A stretch of DNA of 32,000 nucleotides from Sinorhizobium meliloti. Its GTDB lineage: Bacteria > Pseudomonadota > Alphaproteobacteria > Rhizobiales > Rhizobiaceae. Location: contig NZ_JAGIOS010000001.1 of NCBI RefSeq assembly GCF_017876815.1, forward strand, positions 900,001 through 932,000, read 5' to 3'. The notes beneath the pieces were generated by a model. It made no database searches, had not been told where the DNA came from, and saw nothing but the letters and a program-made list of their open reading frames with translations. Within the stretch, counting starts at the first letter, position 1. Every line of letters starts with the position of its first letter. The position numbers and the translations under genes are program-made. Below, one piece after another: positions 9,652 through 21,321 of this stretch.

Positions 9652-10155
9652 CTAGCGAAGATCGAGCCGCATGACAAGCGCCGCGCTGCGTTCGCCGGGC
9701 CGCGCCTGATAATAGGCCTTGCGCTCGCCGACCTTGCGGAAGCCGAGCTTTCCGTAGAGGCCGATTGCGGCCTGGTTCGTCTCGTCGACTTCCAGGAACA
9801 GTGCCTCGGCCCCTTTGACGGCGGCCTCCCGCATGGCCGCCTGCATGAGGCGCCAGCCGAGACCGGAGCGCGCGTAGCGGGAGTCGACCCCGATCGTCAG
9901 TATCTCGGCTTCGCCCGCGACCGCCCGCGACAGGACGAAGCCGCCGAAGGCCGGCCGGAACATGCCATTGGCATTGGTCTGGCGCGCGACGAATCCGAAT
10001 ACCGTCTCCTGACTCAGGAGCCCATGGATTTCGCCGTCGCTCCAGGCGGCGGCAAAGCGCTGGCGATGCAGCGCGGCCGCGGCGCCGAGATCGGCCTCTT
10101 CAAGCGCGAAAATGTCGAATTCGGTGCGGCGGGTGAAGTAGTCGGTAAGGCTCAT
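9652..10155 (-). CDS. rimI: GNAT acetyltransferase, ribosomal-protein-alanine N-acetyltransferase-like, 167 aa
   Basis: GNAT motif A (TIGVDSRYARSGLGWRLM) and motif B (LYGKLGFRKVG). Immediately downstream of tsaB, the usual tsaB-rimI pairing. Confidence 0.85.
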   Translation of the reverse strand: MSLTDYFTRRTEFDIFALEEADLGAAAALHRQRFAAAWSDGEIHGLLSQETVFGFVARQTNANGMFRPAFGGFVLSRAVAGEAEILTIGVDSRYARSGLGWRLMQAAMREAAVKGAEALFLEVDETNQAAIGLYGKLGFRKVGERKAYYQARPGERSAALVMRLDLR

Positions 10156-10209
10156 CGGGGGCGTTTCTTGGACGTTCTGGAGAATATACGGGCGAATGGC
10201 GTCTTCCGG

Positions 10210-10866
10210 TCAGGCGCGGGTCACGGCGAATCCGGCCTGGGGCTTGGCGTCCGGTCCGCGCAGATAAAGCGGCTTAGGACGCGCTGAAACCGGATCGGCC
10301 GCAGCCCCCAGCCGGGCGAGGGCCGCCATATCGATCTCGTCCGGCTTGCCGCCCGCCGCGCCGGTGACGGCAGGGGCACCGGAGCCGCAGGCGATGCCGG
10401 CGAAAGCGGAAAAGCGCAGGCGCGCTTCCTCGGCGGGCAGGATTTCCGCCTCCCCCTGCGGCCGTCCCGAAGCATCGAAGGCCTGGAGGTAAACCTCGTC
10501 CCGTTTGGCGTCGAGGACGACGAGCACCGGCTGGCCAGCCTGGTTCAGCCTCGCGCTTTCGGCGACGACGTGAAGCGTGGTGATCCCGACCGCGGGCTTT
10601 CCGAGCGCCAGCGCGAGGCCGCGCGCAGCGGCAACGCCGACACGGATCCCGGTGAACGATCCTGGACCTATCGTCACGGCAATCCGATCGATTTCGCCGA
10701 GTTCCCGGCCCGAGGCGCTCAAGGCCTCATCCACGAATTCCATGAGGCGCTCCGCGTGGCCACGTCCGATATCCGCGCCCGCGCATGCCAGAAGTTCTCC
10801 GGCGCCGCCGTCGTAGACGGCAGCGAAACAACCGGACCCGGATGTATCAATGGCAAGAACTAGCAT
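10210..10866 (-). CDS. tsaB: tRNA threonylcarbamoyladenosine (t6A) biosynthesis protein TsaB (YeaZ), 218 aa
   Basis: MLVLAIDTSG N-terminus and the IGPGSFTGIRVGVAAARGLA motif of the Kae1/YeaZ fold. ATG at 10864-10866 is preceded by GGAGGAG. Confidence 0.9.
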   Translation of the reverse strand: MLVLAIDTSGSGCFAAVYDGGAGELLACAGADIGRGHAERLMEFVDEALSASGRELGEIDRIAVTIGPGSFTGIRVGVAAARGLALALGKPAVGITTLHVVAESARLNQAGQPVLVVLDAKRDEVYLQAFDASGRPQGEAEILPAEEARLRFSAFAGIACGSGAPAVTGAAGGKPDEIDMAALARLGAAADPVSARPKPLYLRGPDAKPQAGFAVTRA

Positions 10867-11057
10867 TTCAGCCGCGGTCTCCTCCCCTGCGCCTGCGAGC
10901 GGTGCGGCTGCGAGGGTGCGCAGCCGCAGTTACCGCATGTCCAAGTCGCTGCGGCCCTTCGGAATCACACTTGCGATTCTATCCCAAAAACCACACCGGG
11001 ATAAGGAATATGGAAAGACGATGTAAGGAAAATGAAGCCAAACAGTAAGCAAAGGAT

Positions 11058-11086
11058 GCGCGGGCCTGCCATGCAGATTCCCGCGC
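11058..11086 (-). terminator. Possible terminator after the Nfu-type gene
   Basis: GCGCGGG (11058-11064) pairs with CCCGCGC (11080-11086), 15-nt loop. It is followed on the minus strand by AUCCUUUGCUUACUGUU. A smaller GATCCG-cttc-GGATC hairpin abuts the stop codon. Confidence 0.35.
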
Positions 11087-11102
11087 CCCGATCCGCTTCG
11101 GA

Positions 11103-11669
11103 TCAGACGGATTCGACCGCTTCGACTTCCGGAACGAAGTGGCGCAGCAGGTTCTGCACGCCGTGCCTCAAGGTCGCCGTCGAGGAGGGGCAGCCGGAGC
11201 ATGCGCCTTTCATGTTCAGGAACACCGTTCCGTCCTTGAAGCCGCGGAAGGTGATGTCGCCGCCGTCCTGGGCGACGGCGGGCCGAACCCGCGTCTCGAG
11301 CAGTTCCTTGATCGTGGCGACGATCGCCTCGTCGCCCTCGTCGAAGAACTCGTCCTCCTCATCCGTCTGCTCGGCACGGCCGGCGCCCGACATGATCGGC
11401 TGCCCCGACATGAAATGCTCCATGATCGAGCCGAGAATCGCGGGCTTCAGGTGCTGCCACTCCTGCGCTTCCTTGCTCACGGTGATGAAGTCATAGCCGA
11501 AATAGACACCGGTGACGCCGGGGATCGAAAAGAGCCGAGCCGCAAGGGGCGATCCTGCAAGGGCCTCTTCTTCGCTCCGGAATTCGGCAGTGCCGTTCTC
11601 CATCACCACCTTGCCCGGCAGGAACTTCAAAGTGGCGGGATTCGGTGTGGCTTCGGTCTGGATGAACAT
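11103..11669 (-). CDS. NifU-family Fe-S cluster scaffold/carrier (Nfu N-terminal domain plus NifU C-terminal domain), 188 aa
   Basis: MFIQTEATPNPATLKF (Nfu_N) and the C-terminal GACSGCPSS CxxC motif. ATG at 11667-11669 is preceded by GGAG. Confidence 0.9.
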   Translation of the reverse strand: MFIQTEATPNPATLKFLPGKVVMENGTAEFRSEEEALAGSPLAARLFSIPGVTGVYFGYDFITVSKEAQEWQHLKPAILGSIMEHFMSGQPIMSGAGRAEQTDEEDEFFDEGDEAIVATIKELLETRVRPAVAQDGGDITFRGFKDGTVFLNMKGACSGCPSSTATLRHGVQNLLRHFVPEVEAVESV

Positions 11670-11827
11670 GTCTCACTCCATTCTGCCGGGAGCGCTCCTC
11701 GACCGGCCTTTTTAGAATTGTTCCAAAATATAGGAGCCTCGAGCGGAGCCCGCAAGGCGTAATAGCGTGATTCAAAGTGCTACAACGACCTTTGCGCGTC
11801 CGATATGACGCGCGGGCTCTGTGGAGG

Positions 11828-12319
11828 TCAGGTCAACGCGTCGATTTCCTCATCCGTCAGCAGGTCGGGAATGACCGTGACAGGTATCGGAAAGGCCGCG
11901 GCTTTCCCGGCAATGGACGAAACGAGCGGGCCCGGGCCTTCCTTCGCCGATCCGGCCGCCAGCACCAGGATCGCGATGTCACGGTCCTCCTCGATGGCGG
12001 CGTGAATCTGTTCCGTGGCGATGCCCTCGCGAATGACGATTTCCGGCTCGATGCCGATCCGTTCGCGTACCGTCTGCGCGATCTTGGCCAGCGTCGCCTC
12101 GGCCTCATCCCGCGCTTCGGCACGCATGATCTCCTCGACGCCCAGCCATTGCTGGAAGTCGCCGTCGGCGATCACGTAGAGCAGCACGAGACCGCCATTG
12201 GAGTTCTTCGCGCGCATGCCGGCATAATGCACCGCGCGGCCGCATTCGGGCGTATCATCGATCACCGCCATGAATTTGCGGCGATGGCCTTCCATTCGTG
12301 AGAGTCGGGTTGAAACCAT
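11828..12319 (-). CDS. Universal stress protein family (UspA-like), up to 163 aa
   Basis: Usp-like alpha/beta pattern (FMAVIDDTPEC ... LVLLYV ... ILVLAAGS ... GPLVSSIAGK). The start is ambiguous: ATGs at 12319, 12295 and 12271, none with a clear Shine-Dalgarno. Longest ORF reported. Confidence 0.75.
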   Translation of the reverse strand: MVSTRLSRMEGHRRKFMAVIDDTPECGRAVHYAGMRAKNSNGGLVLLYVIADGDFQQWLGVEEIMRAEARDEAEATLAKIAQTVRERIGIEPEIVIREGIATEQIHAAIEEDRDIAILVLAAGSAKEGPGPLVSSIAGKAAAFPIPVTVIPDLLTDEEIDALT

Positions 12320-12371
12320 GCGCTGAACATTACAACGCCGCGCGGCGCCCGCAAGGTCTCATTTTCGTGAA

Positions 12372-13436
12372 CTACTGCAAAAAGCCGATGATTTCGCGGA
12401 CCTCGCGCATGGTCGTCTCGGCGCGTTCCCGGGCGCGCTCCCCGCCCTTGCGCAGGATAGCGTCGATATGCGCGGTATCGCCCATCAACCGGCGCATCTC
12501 GCCCGTGATCGGCGAAAGTACGCTGACGGCAAGGTCGGCCAGAGCTGGCTTGAAGGTCGAGAATTGCTGGCCGCCGAATTCGGCAAGCACCTCTTCTTTC
12601 GATCTGTCGGCGAGCGCTGCGTAAATGCCGACGAGATTTTCGGCCTCCGGCCGATCCTTAAGACCGTCCGCTTCGCTCGGAAGCGCGTCCGGATCGGTCT
12701 TGGCCTTGCGGATCTTCTTCAGGATCGTGTCGGCATCGTCCATCAGATTGATGCGCGACAGATCGGATGGATCCGACTTCGACATCTTCTTGGTGCCGTC
12801 GCGCAGCGACATGACGCGCGGCGCCGGGCCGCCGATCAGGGGTTCGACCGGCGGAAAATAGGCATGGATCGGCTCTTCGCCGACCACGATGTCGACGCCG
12901 TAACCACCGCGGCGGATATGCTCCATGAAGTCGATGTTGAATTTCTGGGCGATGTCGCGGGTGAGCTCCAGATGCTGTTTCTGGTCGTCGCCGACCGGCA
13001 CGTGGGTGGCGCGATAAACGAGGATGTCGGCCGCCATCAGGCTCGGATAGGCGAGCAGGCCGAGCGAAGCGTTTTCACGGTCCTTGCCGGCCTTGTCCTT
13101 GAACTGGGTCATCCGGTTCATCCAGCCGATGCGGGCGACGCAATTGAATATCCAGGCGAGCTCGGCATGCTGCGGCACGGCCGACTGGTTGAAGACGATG
13201 TGCTTTTCGGGGTCGATGCCCGAGGCGATGAAAGCGGCCGCGATCGAACGGATCTGGCCCGGCAGGTCCTCATGCACGAGCTGAGCCGTGATCGAGTGCA
13301 GGTCGACGACGCAATAGATGCAATCGTTGTTTTCCTGAAGGGCGACAAATTTGCGGATCGCGCCGAGATAATTGCCGAGATGCAGGTTGCCGGTCGGCTG
13401 AACACCGGAAAATACGAGCGGCTTGAATTCGTTCAT
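12372..13436 (-). CDS. trpS: Tryptophan--tRNA ligase, 354 aa
   Basis: Class I signature [10 protein letters not shown] (HIGH-like) and KMSKS (GTKKMSKSD). ATG at 13434-13436. Confidence 0.96.
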   Translation of the reverse strand: MNEFKPLVFSGVQPTGNLHLGNYLGAIRKFVALQENNDCIYCVVDLHSITAQLVHEDLPGQIRSIAAAFIASGIDPEKHIVFNQSAVPQHAELAWIFNCVARIGWMNRMTQFKDKAGKDRENASLGLLAYPSLMAADILVYRATHVPVGDDQKQHLELTRDIAQKFNIDFMEHIRRGGYGVDIVVGEEPIHAYFPPVEPLIGGPAPRVMSLRDGTKKMSKSDPSDLSRINLMDDADTILKKIRKAKTDPDALPSEADGLKDRPEAENLVGIYAALADRSKEEVLAEFGGQQFSTFKPALADLAVSVLSPITGEMRRLMGDTAHIDAILRKGGERARERAETTMREVREIIGFLQ

Positions 13437-13527
13437 GTCGTCCCCAATCGGGCTTGTGGAGGGCCCGGCTCCAGTTGATATCCGCCGCGCTTATGCACGG
13501 CGGGCCGGGCGCAATCAAGAGGCATGG

Positions 13528-13917
13528 TCACGCGGGCTGGAGGAGATCCCACCTATTGCCGAAGGGATCGACGAAGACGGCAACGGTTCCGTAGACCTCA
13601 TGGCGGGGCGCCTCGAGGAACGTGACGCCTGCGGAAAGCATGGCGGCGTGATCGCGGCCGAAGTCGTCGGTAAAGAGAAAGAAGCCGACCCGCCCGCCGG
13701 CCTGATTGCCGATTGCGGCGCGCTGCCTTTCGCCCTCGGCCCGGGCGAGCAGGAGAGCGGTCTCCGCCGCACCTTTCGGCCGCACGACGACCCAGCGCTT
13801 GCCGCCGCCGAGGTCGCTGTCATCGAGGAGGTCGAAGCCGAGCTTGCCGCAGTAAAAGGCGATGCCCTCGTCGTAGCCGGGCACGACGATGGCGACACGG
13901 GCAACCGACTGTCTCAT
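13528..13917 (-). CDS. VOC (glyoxalase/bleomycin-resistance/dioxygenase) family protein, 129 aa
   Basis: Only the last 129 codons of the 683-aa track ORF 13528..15579 are credible: [28 protein letters not shown] ... VFVDPFGNRWDLLQ, a typical single VOC module. ATG at 13915-13917 overlaps the murJ stop (ATGA). Confidence 0.8.
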   Translation of the reverse strand: MRQSVARVAIVVPGYDEGIAFYCGKLGFDLLDDSDLGGGKRWVVVRPKGAAETALLLARAEGERQRAAIGNQAGGRVGFFLFTDDFGRDHAAMLSAGVTFLEAPRHEVYGTVAVFVDPFGNRWDLLQPA

Positions 13918-15521
13918 TGCCGATCCGCCCCTTCGCTCGCCCGCTCGACGGACGAGGCCGATGCCCCCCGTTTGACGCTGCGGCGGATCATCGAGAGGCT
14001 CGCGCCGCCGATCCCGAACGCGACCGCGAAATAGATCGCCATCGCGGCGGCGATCAGGCCGCAGAGGGTAAGGGCGCGGGTCGCAAGCGGTGCGGCGGAA
14101 GATAGCGGGAAGGCGAGCCAATCCACGGCAACGTATAAGGCGGCCGCCATGATCGCAGCGGCGATCACCAGCCGGGGAATCCTCGTCAGCAGGGGAATAT
14201 CGCGCCCCCAGTGCCCACGCCAGACGAGCGTCGCGAAAAGAAGCAAGGCGTTCACCCAGCCGGCGACGATTTCGGCCGTCGCGATGCCGCTTGCGGCAAG
14301 CGACGGAAAAAGCGTCAGCGCCAGGGAGACGTTCACTGCCACGGAAATCCCGGCGAAGATCATCGGCGTGCGGGTGTCCTCGCGGGCGAAGAAACCGGGA
14401 ATGAAAGCCTTGATCAGCACGAAAGCCGGCAGGCCGAGGCCGTAGATCGCCAGGATATGCCCGACGACGACGGTGGATTCCGGCGAGAACTGGCCGCGCT
14501 CGAAGAGGAGCCGGACGATCGGCTCCGACATGACGAGCAGCGCCGCGGCGGCGGGGAGCGTGAGGAACAGCGTGAATTCGACGGAACGGTTCTGCAGGTT
14601 CGCAGCCTCGTTGAGGTTGCCGCCGCGCAGAGCGCGTGCAAGCTCGGGCAGGAGCACGGTCGCAACGGCAATGCCGACGACGCCGAGCGGCAGCTGATAG
14701 ATGCGGTCGGCATAGACGAGCGACGAGACGGCGCCTTCCTTTGCAGAAGCGATATTGGTGTTGATCAGGAGGTTGATCTGGGTGATGCCGCCGGTGATCG
14801 CCGCGGGAAGTGCCAGCACCAGCAGGCGCTTGACGTTCGGCGTCAGCCGGGGCCGGCGAAAGCCGATCCGGATCCCGGCATTGCGCACCGCGACCCAGAC
14901 GATCGCCAGTTGCACGAGGCCCGCGGCCAGCACCCCCCAGGAGAGGTCGTAGCCCACCGCGACCGCATCCTGGCCGCTGTACCAGGCGTAGGCCAGCACG
15001 GCGATCAGGATGAAGTTCAGGAAGACCGGCGCGATGGCTGCGGCGAAATAGCGGTGCAGCGAATTGAGCATGCCCGCCATCATCGCCGCCAGCGACATGC
15101 AGGCGAGATAGGGAAACATGATCGTCGCGAAGGTGACGGTGCTTGTGAATTTCGCGGGGTCGTCGGCAAATCCGGGAGCGATCAATTGCCCGACGATGAA
15201 AGGCATCGACAGTTCCATGGCGATCGTCAGCAGAAGAAGAACGGTGAAGAGGACGCCGAAGACCTCCTCGGAAAAGCGCCGGGCGCCGTCCATGCCGTGC
15301 GCCTCGATCTCCTTGGCGAAAAGCGGCACGAAGGCCGAATTGAACGCCCCTTCGGCAAAAAGCCTGCGGAAGGTGTTCGGCAGCCGGAAGGCGGTGTTGA
15401 AGGCATCGGCGACCGGGCCGGTGCCGAGTGCGGCCGCCATGAAGGTTTCCCGGATGAAGCCGAAGAGCCGGCTTCCGAGCGTTGCGCCGCCGACGGTAGC
15501 GAATTTCTTGACCAGACTCAT
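13914..15521 (-). CDS. murJ: Lipid II flippase MurJ (MviN), 535 aa
   Basis: N-terminus [53 protein letters not shown] is the MurJ/MviN signature. ~14 predicted TM segments. ATG overlaps the glnD stop (ATGA at 15518-15521). Confidence 0.95.
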   Translation of the reverse strand: MSLVKKFATVGGATLGSRLFGFIRETFMAAALGTGPVADAFNTAFRLPNTFRRLFAEGAFNSAFVPLFAKEIEAHGMDGARRFSEEVFGVLFTVLLLLTIAMELSMPFIVGQLIAPGFADDPAKFTSTVTFATIMFPYLACMSLAAMMAGMLNSLHRYFAAAIAPVFLNFILIAVLAYAWYSGQDAVAVGYDLSWGVLAAGLVQLAIVWVAVRNAGIRIGFRRPRLTPNVKRLLVLALPAAITGGITQINLLINTNIASAKEGAVSSLVYADRIYQLPLGVVGIAVATVLLPELARALRGGNLNEAANLQNRSVEFTLFLTLPAAAALLVMSEPIVRLLFERGQFSPESTVVVGHILAIYGLGLPAFVLIKAFIPGFFAREDTRTPMIFAGISVAVNVSLALTLFPSLAASGIATAEIVAGWVNALLLFATLVWRGHWGRDIPLLTRIPRLVIAAAIMAAALYVAVDWLAFPLSSAAPLATRALTLCGLIAAAMAIYFAVAFGIGGASLSMIRRSVKRGASASSVERASEGADRQ

Positions 15522-18367
15522 GTTTCGGCTTTTGTCGTTTTGGAACCGTGGGGTACACGGGACACAGGGGTCGGCGCAATGATGCCGGAGGGCATGCGCT
15601 CGCGCGCTTCGTCCACCTCGCCCGCCAGCACCGCCTTGAGGCGCGCTGCGATGTTCATCTGCCGGTTCTCGCTGGTGATCTTCGAGCCGACCAGGTCGGT
15701 GACGTAGAAGGTGTCGATCACCTTTTCGCCGAAGGTTGTGATGTGGGCCGACGCGATGTCGAGCGACAGGTCTGACAGCACGGCGGTCACTTCGGAAAGC
15801 AGACCGGTCCTGTCGAGGCCCTCAACCTCGATGACGGTGAACTTGTTCGACAGCGTATTGCTGATTGTCACCTCCGGCGTCACGGTGAAGGCCCTGCTGC
15901 GCTTCTTCACACGCGTCCGGCTGGCGATCACCTCGGGCAGCCTCTTGCGGCCGGAGAGCACGTCCTCGATCAGCTTGCCGATACTCGCTGCCCGGCGTGT
16001 TTCGTCCTCGGCGACCGAGAATTCGCGGTTGACGAGAATGGTATCGAGCGCCCGGCCGTCCGACGTCGTGTGGATCTGCGCGCCGACGATGTTGGCACCC
16101 GCTGCGGCGCAAGCGCCGGCGATGACGGTCAGCAGGCGCGGATGGTCCGGCGACAGCACCGTGATTTCGGTGATGGCGTGGAAATCATGGGTGCGAACCA
16201 TGGTCGCGAGCGTCCTGCCCGCGCGGTCGGCTTCGCGGATGAAGCCTGCATGGCGCACCTGCTCCTCGAGCGCCACGGTCAGGAGATAGGGCTGGTAATG
16301 CAGCCGCACATAGGCCTGGCGCTCCTTCTTGGGCCAGTCGGCGAGCGCCTCCTCCAGCATGTGGGCGGCGTGCTTCGCCCGCTCCTTGCGCGACAGTTCC
16401 GAAAAACCTCCCGAGAGCAGAAGCTCGGTCTCGTAGTAGAGCGTGCGCAGGAGCTGGCCCTTCCAGCCGTTCCAGACGCCGGGCCCGACGGCGCGGATGT
16501 CGCAGACGGTGAGGATGAGCAGCATCTTCAGCCGTTCGAGGGATTGGACCCGTTCGGCGAAATCGACGATGGTCTTGCGGTCGTTAAGGTCGCGGGTCTG
16601 CGCGACCATCGACATGGTCAGATGTTCCTCGACCAGCCAGACGACCATTTCGGTCTGTTTCGGGGTCAGCCTGAAGCGCGGGCAAAGCTTTCGCGCGACC
16701 TTGGCGCCGGCCACCGAATGATCTTCGGGGCGCCCCTTGGCGATGTCGTGCAGCAGAACGGCGACGTAGAGGGCTTCGCGGTCCTCGATGCCAGGCATCA
16801 GCATCGCCGTCAGGGGATGCGCCTCCTCCTCCAGCCCCCGCTCGATGCGGGAGAGGACGTCGACCGAGCGCAGGAGATGCTCGTCCACCGTATAGTGGTG
16901 GTACATGTTGAACTGCATCATCGAGACGATCTTCCCGAATTCCGGGATGAAGCGGCCGAGCACCCCCGCTTCGTTCATCCGGCGAAGGATCAGTTCCGGA
17001 TTGCGCCGCGAGGTGAGTATAGACAGGAAAAGCCGGTTGGCCTCTTCGTTTTCACGCAAGTGCGGCGTGATCAGGCCCAGGGAACGGGTCACCTGCTTCA
17101 GCGCCGCCGGGTGGAATTCGAGCCCGTTGATGTCGGCGATGTGGAACAGGCGCATGAGGTTTACCGGGTCGCGCTTGAACACATCGGTACCCGCAAGTGC
17201 GATGCGCCCGCCGTCATCGACGAAATCGAGCGTGCCCGCGATCTTGCGGACGCGATTGCGGAAGCGGCTTATGACGCCCGTGATCCCGGGCGTGTCCTTG
17301 GCCTGCTGGTCCTCCAGCGCCGAGCAGAAGATCCGGGTCAGGTCGCCGACGTCCTTGGCCACCAGGAAGTAGTGCTTCATGAAGCGTTCCACCGCCGAGA
17401 GCCCGGGGTGGTCGTGATAGCCGAGCGCCTCGGCGATCTCGCGCTGGATGTCGAATGAGAGGCGCTCCTCCGCCTTGCCGGTCAGGAAATGCATGTGGCA
17501 GCGCACCGCCCAGAGAAAATCCTCGGCCTTCTGAAAGAGCTTGTATTCCTGCTTCGAAAGCACGCCGAGCTTGACCAGATCCGCAGAGTCCTTGACCCGG
17601 TAGAAATACTTCGAAATCCAGAAGAGCGTGTGCAGGTCGCGCAAGCCGCCCTTGCCTTCCTTGACGTTCGGCTCGACGAGGTAGCGCGTGTCGCCCGCCT
17701 TGCGATGACGCTCGTCCCGCTCGGCGAGCTTGGCGGCAATGAATTCCGGACCGGTATTGCGGACGATCTCATGGTCGAAGCGCGTTTCGAGTTCGTTCGC
17801 CAGAGCCGCGGACCCGCAGACATAGCGGCATTCGAGGATCGCGGTGCGGATGGTCATGTCCGCACGCGACAGGCGGATGCATTCCTCGATCGTTCGCGTT
17901 GCGTGACCGACCTTGAAGCCGAGGTCCCACAGGATATAGAGCATGAATTCGATCGCCGGCTCCGCCCAGACCGCTTTCTTGGCGGGCAGGAGGAAGAGGA
18001 GGTCGATGTCCGAGCCGGGCGCGAGCGTTCCGCGGCCGTAGCCGCCGACGGCGGTGACCGCGATGCGCGAAGCCTCGGGGGCCTTCGCGGCGTCGAACAC
18101 CTGGTTCAGCACGAAGTCGTGCAAAAGGGTAATCAGCTGGTCCTGAAGCCAGGAGATGCGCTCTGCGCATTTTATTCCTGCGCCGTCTGCGGCGAGCAAC
18201 TCGCGCGCCTTGGCGCGGCCCGCGACATTTGCCTCCTTGAAGGCCGCAAGCAAGGCCCGGCGCATCGGTTCGCGCTGTTCGGCATGAGCGGAGGCGATGA
18301 AGTCGCACCTGGCCCGAAGCGCCGCCACGTCCAGGATTTCGGGAAAGGAGGTTTCGTGTCTGGCCAT
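15518..18367 (-). CDS. glnD: Bifunctional [protein-PII] uridylyltransferase/uridylyl-removing enzyme, 949 aa
   Basis: Nucleotidyltransferase motif [21 protein letters not shown] domain (LLHDIAKG) and two C-terminal ACT domains. The glnD-mviN pairing is as I recall for S. meliloti. Confidence 0.96.
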   Translation of the reverse strand: MARHETSFPEILDVAALRARCDFIASAHAEQREPMRRALLAAFKEANVAGRAKARELLAADGAGIKCAERISWLQDQLITLLHDFVLNQVFDAAKAPEASRIAVTAVGGYGRGTLAPGSDIDLLFLLPAKKAVWAEPAIEFMLYILWDLGFKVGHATRTIEECIRLSRADMTIRTAILECRYVCGSAALANELETRFDHEIVRNTGPEFIAAKLAERDERHRKAGDTRYLVEPNVKEGKGGLRDLHTLFWISKYFYRVKDSADLVKLGVLSKQEYKLFQKAEDFLWAVRCHMHFLTGKAEERLSFDIQREIAEALGYHDHPGLSAVERFMKHYFLVAKDVGDLTRIFCSALEDQQAKDTPGITGVISRFRNRVRKIAGTLDFVDDGGRIALAGTDVFKRDPVNLMRLFHIADINGLEFHPAALKQVTRSLGLITPHLRENEEANRLFLSILTSRRNPELILRRMNEAGVLGRFIPEFGKIVSMMQFNMYHHYTVDEHLLRSVDVLSRIERGLEEEAHPLTAMLMPGIEDREALYVAVLLHDIAKGRPEDHSVAGAKVARKLCPRFRLTPKQTEMVVWLVEEHLTMSMVAQTRDLNDRKTIVDFAERVQSLERLKMLLILTVCDIRAVGPGVWNGWKGQLLRTLYYETELLLSGGFSELSRKERAKHAAHMLEEALADWPKKERQAYVRLHYQPYLLTVALEEQVRHAGFIREADRAGRTLATMVRTHDFHAITEITVLSPDHPRLLTVIAGACAAAGANIVGAQIHTTSDGRALDTILVNREFSVAEDETRRAASIGKLIEDVLSGRKRLPEVIASRTRVKKRSRAFTVTPEVTISNTLSNKFTVIEVEGLDRTGLLSEVTAVLSDLSLDIASAHITTFGEKVIDTFYVTDLVGSKITSENRQMNIAARLKAVLAGEVDEARERMPSGIIAPTPVSRVPHGSKTTKAET

Positions 18368-18468
18368 GAAGTGCCGAGGGGCGTCCTGTCCGACTTAGAT
18401 CATTCGTTGCAAGCGCCGCTGTATAGCCCTTTTGCCGGCCGAATGACAGGGGAAATAGCCGGGCGAAA

Positions 18469-21219
18469 TCAGCGGTTGGAAAGCTCCTTCTTGAGCGCGT
18501 AAAGCGCGTCGAGCGCCTCTCGCGGCGTCATGTCGTCCGGGTTGAGCGCCTTCAGGGCCTCCTCGACCTTCGAAGGACCCGACGATGCCCTCGCCGCCTC
18601 CTCTCGCCGGACGGCAACCTGGAACAGCGGCAGGTCGTCGATCAGCTGGCTCGCCGGATTCTTGCGGTCGGCATCCTCGAGCTTGGCAAGCACATCCCTC
18701 GCGCGGGCGACGACCGACGCCGGCAAGCCCGCAAGGCGGGCGACCTGGATGCCGTAGGAACGGTCGGCGGCGCCCGGGCCTACCTCGTGCAGGAAGATGA
18801 CGTCGCCGTCCCACTCCTTGACGCGCATGGTCGCGTTCGACAGCCGCACGAGCTTTTCGGAGAGAACCGTCAGCTCGTGGAAATGGGTCGCGAAGAGCCC
18901 GCGGCAGCGATTGACCTCGTGCAGATGCTCGACCGCCGCCCAGGCGATCGACAGGCCGTCGAAGGTCGCGGTGCCGCGGCCGATCTCGTCGAGGATCACC
19001 AGCGAGCGGTCCGTCGCCTGATTGAGGATCGCCGCCGTCTCGACCATCTCGACCATGAAGGTCGACCGCCCGCGGGCGAGATCGTCCGAAGCGCCGACGC
19101 GCGAGAAGAGCCGGTCGACCACGCCGATATGCGCGGCGGCCGCGGGCACGAAGGATCCCGTCTGGGCCATGATCGCGATCAGCGCGTTCTGGCGCAGGAA
19201 GGTCGACTTGCCGCCCATGTTGGGCCCGGTGAGGAGCCAGATCGCGCCGCCCTGCTCGCCGTTCGGCGGAGAAAGATCGCAGCCGTTGGCGACGAAGGGA
19301 TTGGCAGCCTGGCGCCGCAGGGCCTGCTCCACGACGGGGTGGCGTCCTCCGTCGATCGCGAACATTCGCGAGCGGTCGACCGTAGGGCGCGTATAATTCT
19401 GCTCCTCCGCAAGCACTGCGAGCCCGGCCGAGACGTCGATCGTCGCGAGCGCCAGCGCTGCCGCCTTGATCGCCTCGGCCTCGGCGACCACCTCGCGCAC
19501 CATGGCCTCGAAGGTCTCGAGCTCGATCGCCAGCGCCCGGTCCGCGGCATTGGCGATCTTCGTTTCGAGCTCGGCAAGCTCGGTCGTGGTGAAGCGCATG
19601 GCATTCGCCATGGTCTGGCGATGAATGAAGCGGGCGCGGCCGGCGTCGGTGTCGGTCATCGATCCGGCATTGCCGGCGGTCACCTCGATGAAGTAGCCGA
19701 GCACGTTGTTGTGCTTGATCTTCAGCGACTTGATGCCCGTCTCTTCGCAATATTGCAGCTGCAGCCCCGCGATCACGCGGCGCGACTGATCGCGCAGCGC
19801 CCGCATCTCGTCGAGCTCGGCGCTCGCGCCCTCGCGGACGAAGCCGCCGTCGCGCTTCAGAAGCGGCAGTTCCTCGGCAAGGGTCGCGTCGAGGCGCGCG
19901 AGCAATTCCCCCGGCAAGGCCGCGATCGCGTCGCGCGCTTCGGTCAGTTCCGCCGAGAGCTCGGCGCCCGAGAGGAGCGCCGATATCGCCGCCGCGGCCC
20001 GCATGCCCGCCTGGATGGCACCGAGATCGCGAGGGCCGCCGCGGCCGAGCGCGAGCCGCGACAGGGCCCGCGGCATGTCCGGCGCCCTGCGAAGCGCGTC
20101 GCGAACATCCGTCGTAAAGCGCGGCTGATCGGCCAGCACCTCGATCGAATCGAGCCGCTGGTTGATCCGCTCCGGGTCGGTCAGGGGCGACATCAGCCTT
20201 TCGGCGAGCAGCCTGGCGCCCCCGCTCGTCATCGTGCGATCGAGCGACTTGAGCAGGCTGCCGTCGCGGGAGCCGGAAAGCGTCTTGGCGAGTTCCAGAT
20301 TGGCGCGGGTCGCCGGATCGATGAAGAGTGTCGAGGCGGCGCTTTCCCTTTCCGGAATGCCGAGCGCCGGGCGCTCCTGGAGCTGGGTCTTCTCGACATA
20401 GGAGACCGCCGCCGAAGCGGCCGCGAGCTCCGCGCGCGAGAAGCTGCCGAACCCATCGAGCGTGCCCACGCCGTAGTAGCGTGAAATGCGGCCCTCCGCC
20501 GTCGCGCTGTCGAAGAGGACGGCCGGCTGCGGCACCGCGACGCGCCCGAGCACGTCGAAGACGGGCCTGAGATCCGGATCGTGAAAGACGGTGTCGGGCA
20601 GGATCAGCTCGCGCGGTTCGATCCGCAATATGTCGGCAAGCAGGCGGCTCTCCGCCGTCTCGGCGAGGCGGAAGATGCCCGTCGAAATGTCGATCCAGGC
20701 AAGAGCATAGGCCGGCTCCGAGCCGCTCCTGATGCGCGCCAGCGCCATCAGATAGTTCGATTCCGAAGGCGAGAGCAGCTTGTCCTCGGTGATCGTCCCC
20801 GGCGTCACCAGGCGCACGACATCGCGGCGCACGACCGATTTGCTGCCGCGCTTCTTCGCTTCGGCCGGGTCCTCCACCTGTTCGCAGACGGCGACACGGT
20901 AGCCGGATGCGATCAGCTTCTGCAGGTAATCGTCGGCCGCATGCACCGGCACGCCGCACATCGGAATCTCCTGTCCCATGTGCTGGCCGCGTTTCGTCAG
21001 CGTGATACCGAGCGCGCGCGAGGCCTCGACCGCATCCTGGAAGAACAGCTCGTAGAAATCGCCCATGCGGTAGAACAGGAGCGAATCCGGATTGTTCGCC
21101 TTGATCTCGATGAACTGCTCCATCATCGGCGTGGCAGTGGAGCGGCTCTCCTCGCTTGCGAGATCGGACACGGAAAGGACGTCGCCCGAGCGGTTCGATG
21201 CATCCATCAGGAAATTCAT
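18469..21219 (-). CDS. mutS: DNA mismatch repair protein MutS, 916 aa
   Basis: Mismatch-binding motif GDFYELFF, Walker [10 protein letters not shown], Walker [13 protein letters not shown] at 21217-21219 (alternative Met5 at 21207). Confidence 0.97.
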   Translation of the reverse strand: MNFLMDASNRSGDVLSVSDLASEESRSTATPMMEQFIEIKANNPDSLLFYRMGDFYELFFQDAVEASRALGITLTKRGQHMGQEIPMCGVPVHAADDYLQKLIASGYRVAVCEQVEDPAEAKKRGSKSVVRRDVVRLVTPGTITEDKLLSPSESNYLMALARIRSGSEPAYALAWIDISTGIFRLAETAESRLLADILRIEPRELILPDTVFHDPDLRPVFDVLGRVAVPQPAVLFDSATAEGRISRYYGVGTLDGFGSFSRAELAAASAAVSYVEKTQLQERPALGIPERESAASTLFIDPATRANLELAKTLSGSRDGSLLKSLDRTMTSGGARLLAERLMSPLTDPERINQRLDSIEVLADQPRFTTDVRDALRRAPDMPRALSRLALGRGGPRDLGAIQAGMRAAAAISALLSGAELSAELTEARDAIAALPGELLARLDATLAEELPLLKRDGGFVREGASAELDEMRALRDQSRRVIAGLQLQYCEETGIKSLKIKHNNVLGYFIEVTAGNAGSMTDTDAGRARFIHRQTMANAMRFTTTELAELETKIANAADRALAIELETFEAMVREVVAEAEAIKAAALALATIDVSAGLAVLAEEQNYTRPTVDRSRMFAIDGGRHPVVEQALRRQAANPFVANGCDLSPPNGEQGGAIWLLTGPNMGGKSTFLRQNALIAIMAQTGSFVPAAAAHIGVVDRLFSRVGASDDLARGRSTFMVEMVETAAILNQATDRSLVILDEIGRGTATFDGLSIAWAAVEHLHEVNRCRGLFATHFHELTVLSEKLVRLSNATMRVKEWDGDVIFLHEVGPGAADRSYGIQVARLAGLPASVVARARDVLAKLEDADRKNPASQLIDDLPLFQVAVRREEAARASSGPSKVEEALKALNPDDMTPREALDALYALKKELSNR

Positions 21220-21321
21220 GATTGTTCCAAAAAAAGAGATGTCACACTATCCGCAAGCATTTATAGACGACAACAACAAAGAGGCTGACCAGGAGGGTCG
21301 CCCACAGGAGGTTGAGGAAAC

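Noticed and set aside
11794-11813. GCGCGTC-cgatat-GACGCGC hairpin after the usp-like gene as a terminator
   Set aside because: The stem is 7 bp and neither strand has a U-rich tail. This is too weak to call.
13918-15579. Upstream ~554 codons of the 683-aa ORF 13528..15579
   Set aside because: It lies on the same strand as murJ but in another frame. It is extremely Arg/Pro/Gly/Ala-rich with no recognisable domain, whereas the murJ frame carries a textbook MviN signature. Only the last 129 codons (the VOC protein) are kept.
18395-20959. 854-aa ORF overlapping mutS on the same strand in another frame
   Set aside because: Arg/Gly/Ala/Pro-rich low-complexity translation, an off-frame shadow of the unmistakable mutS reading frame.
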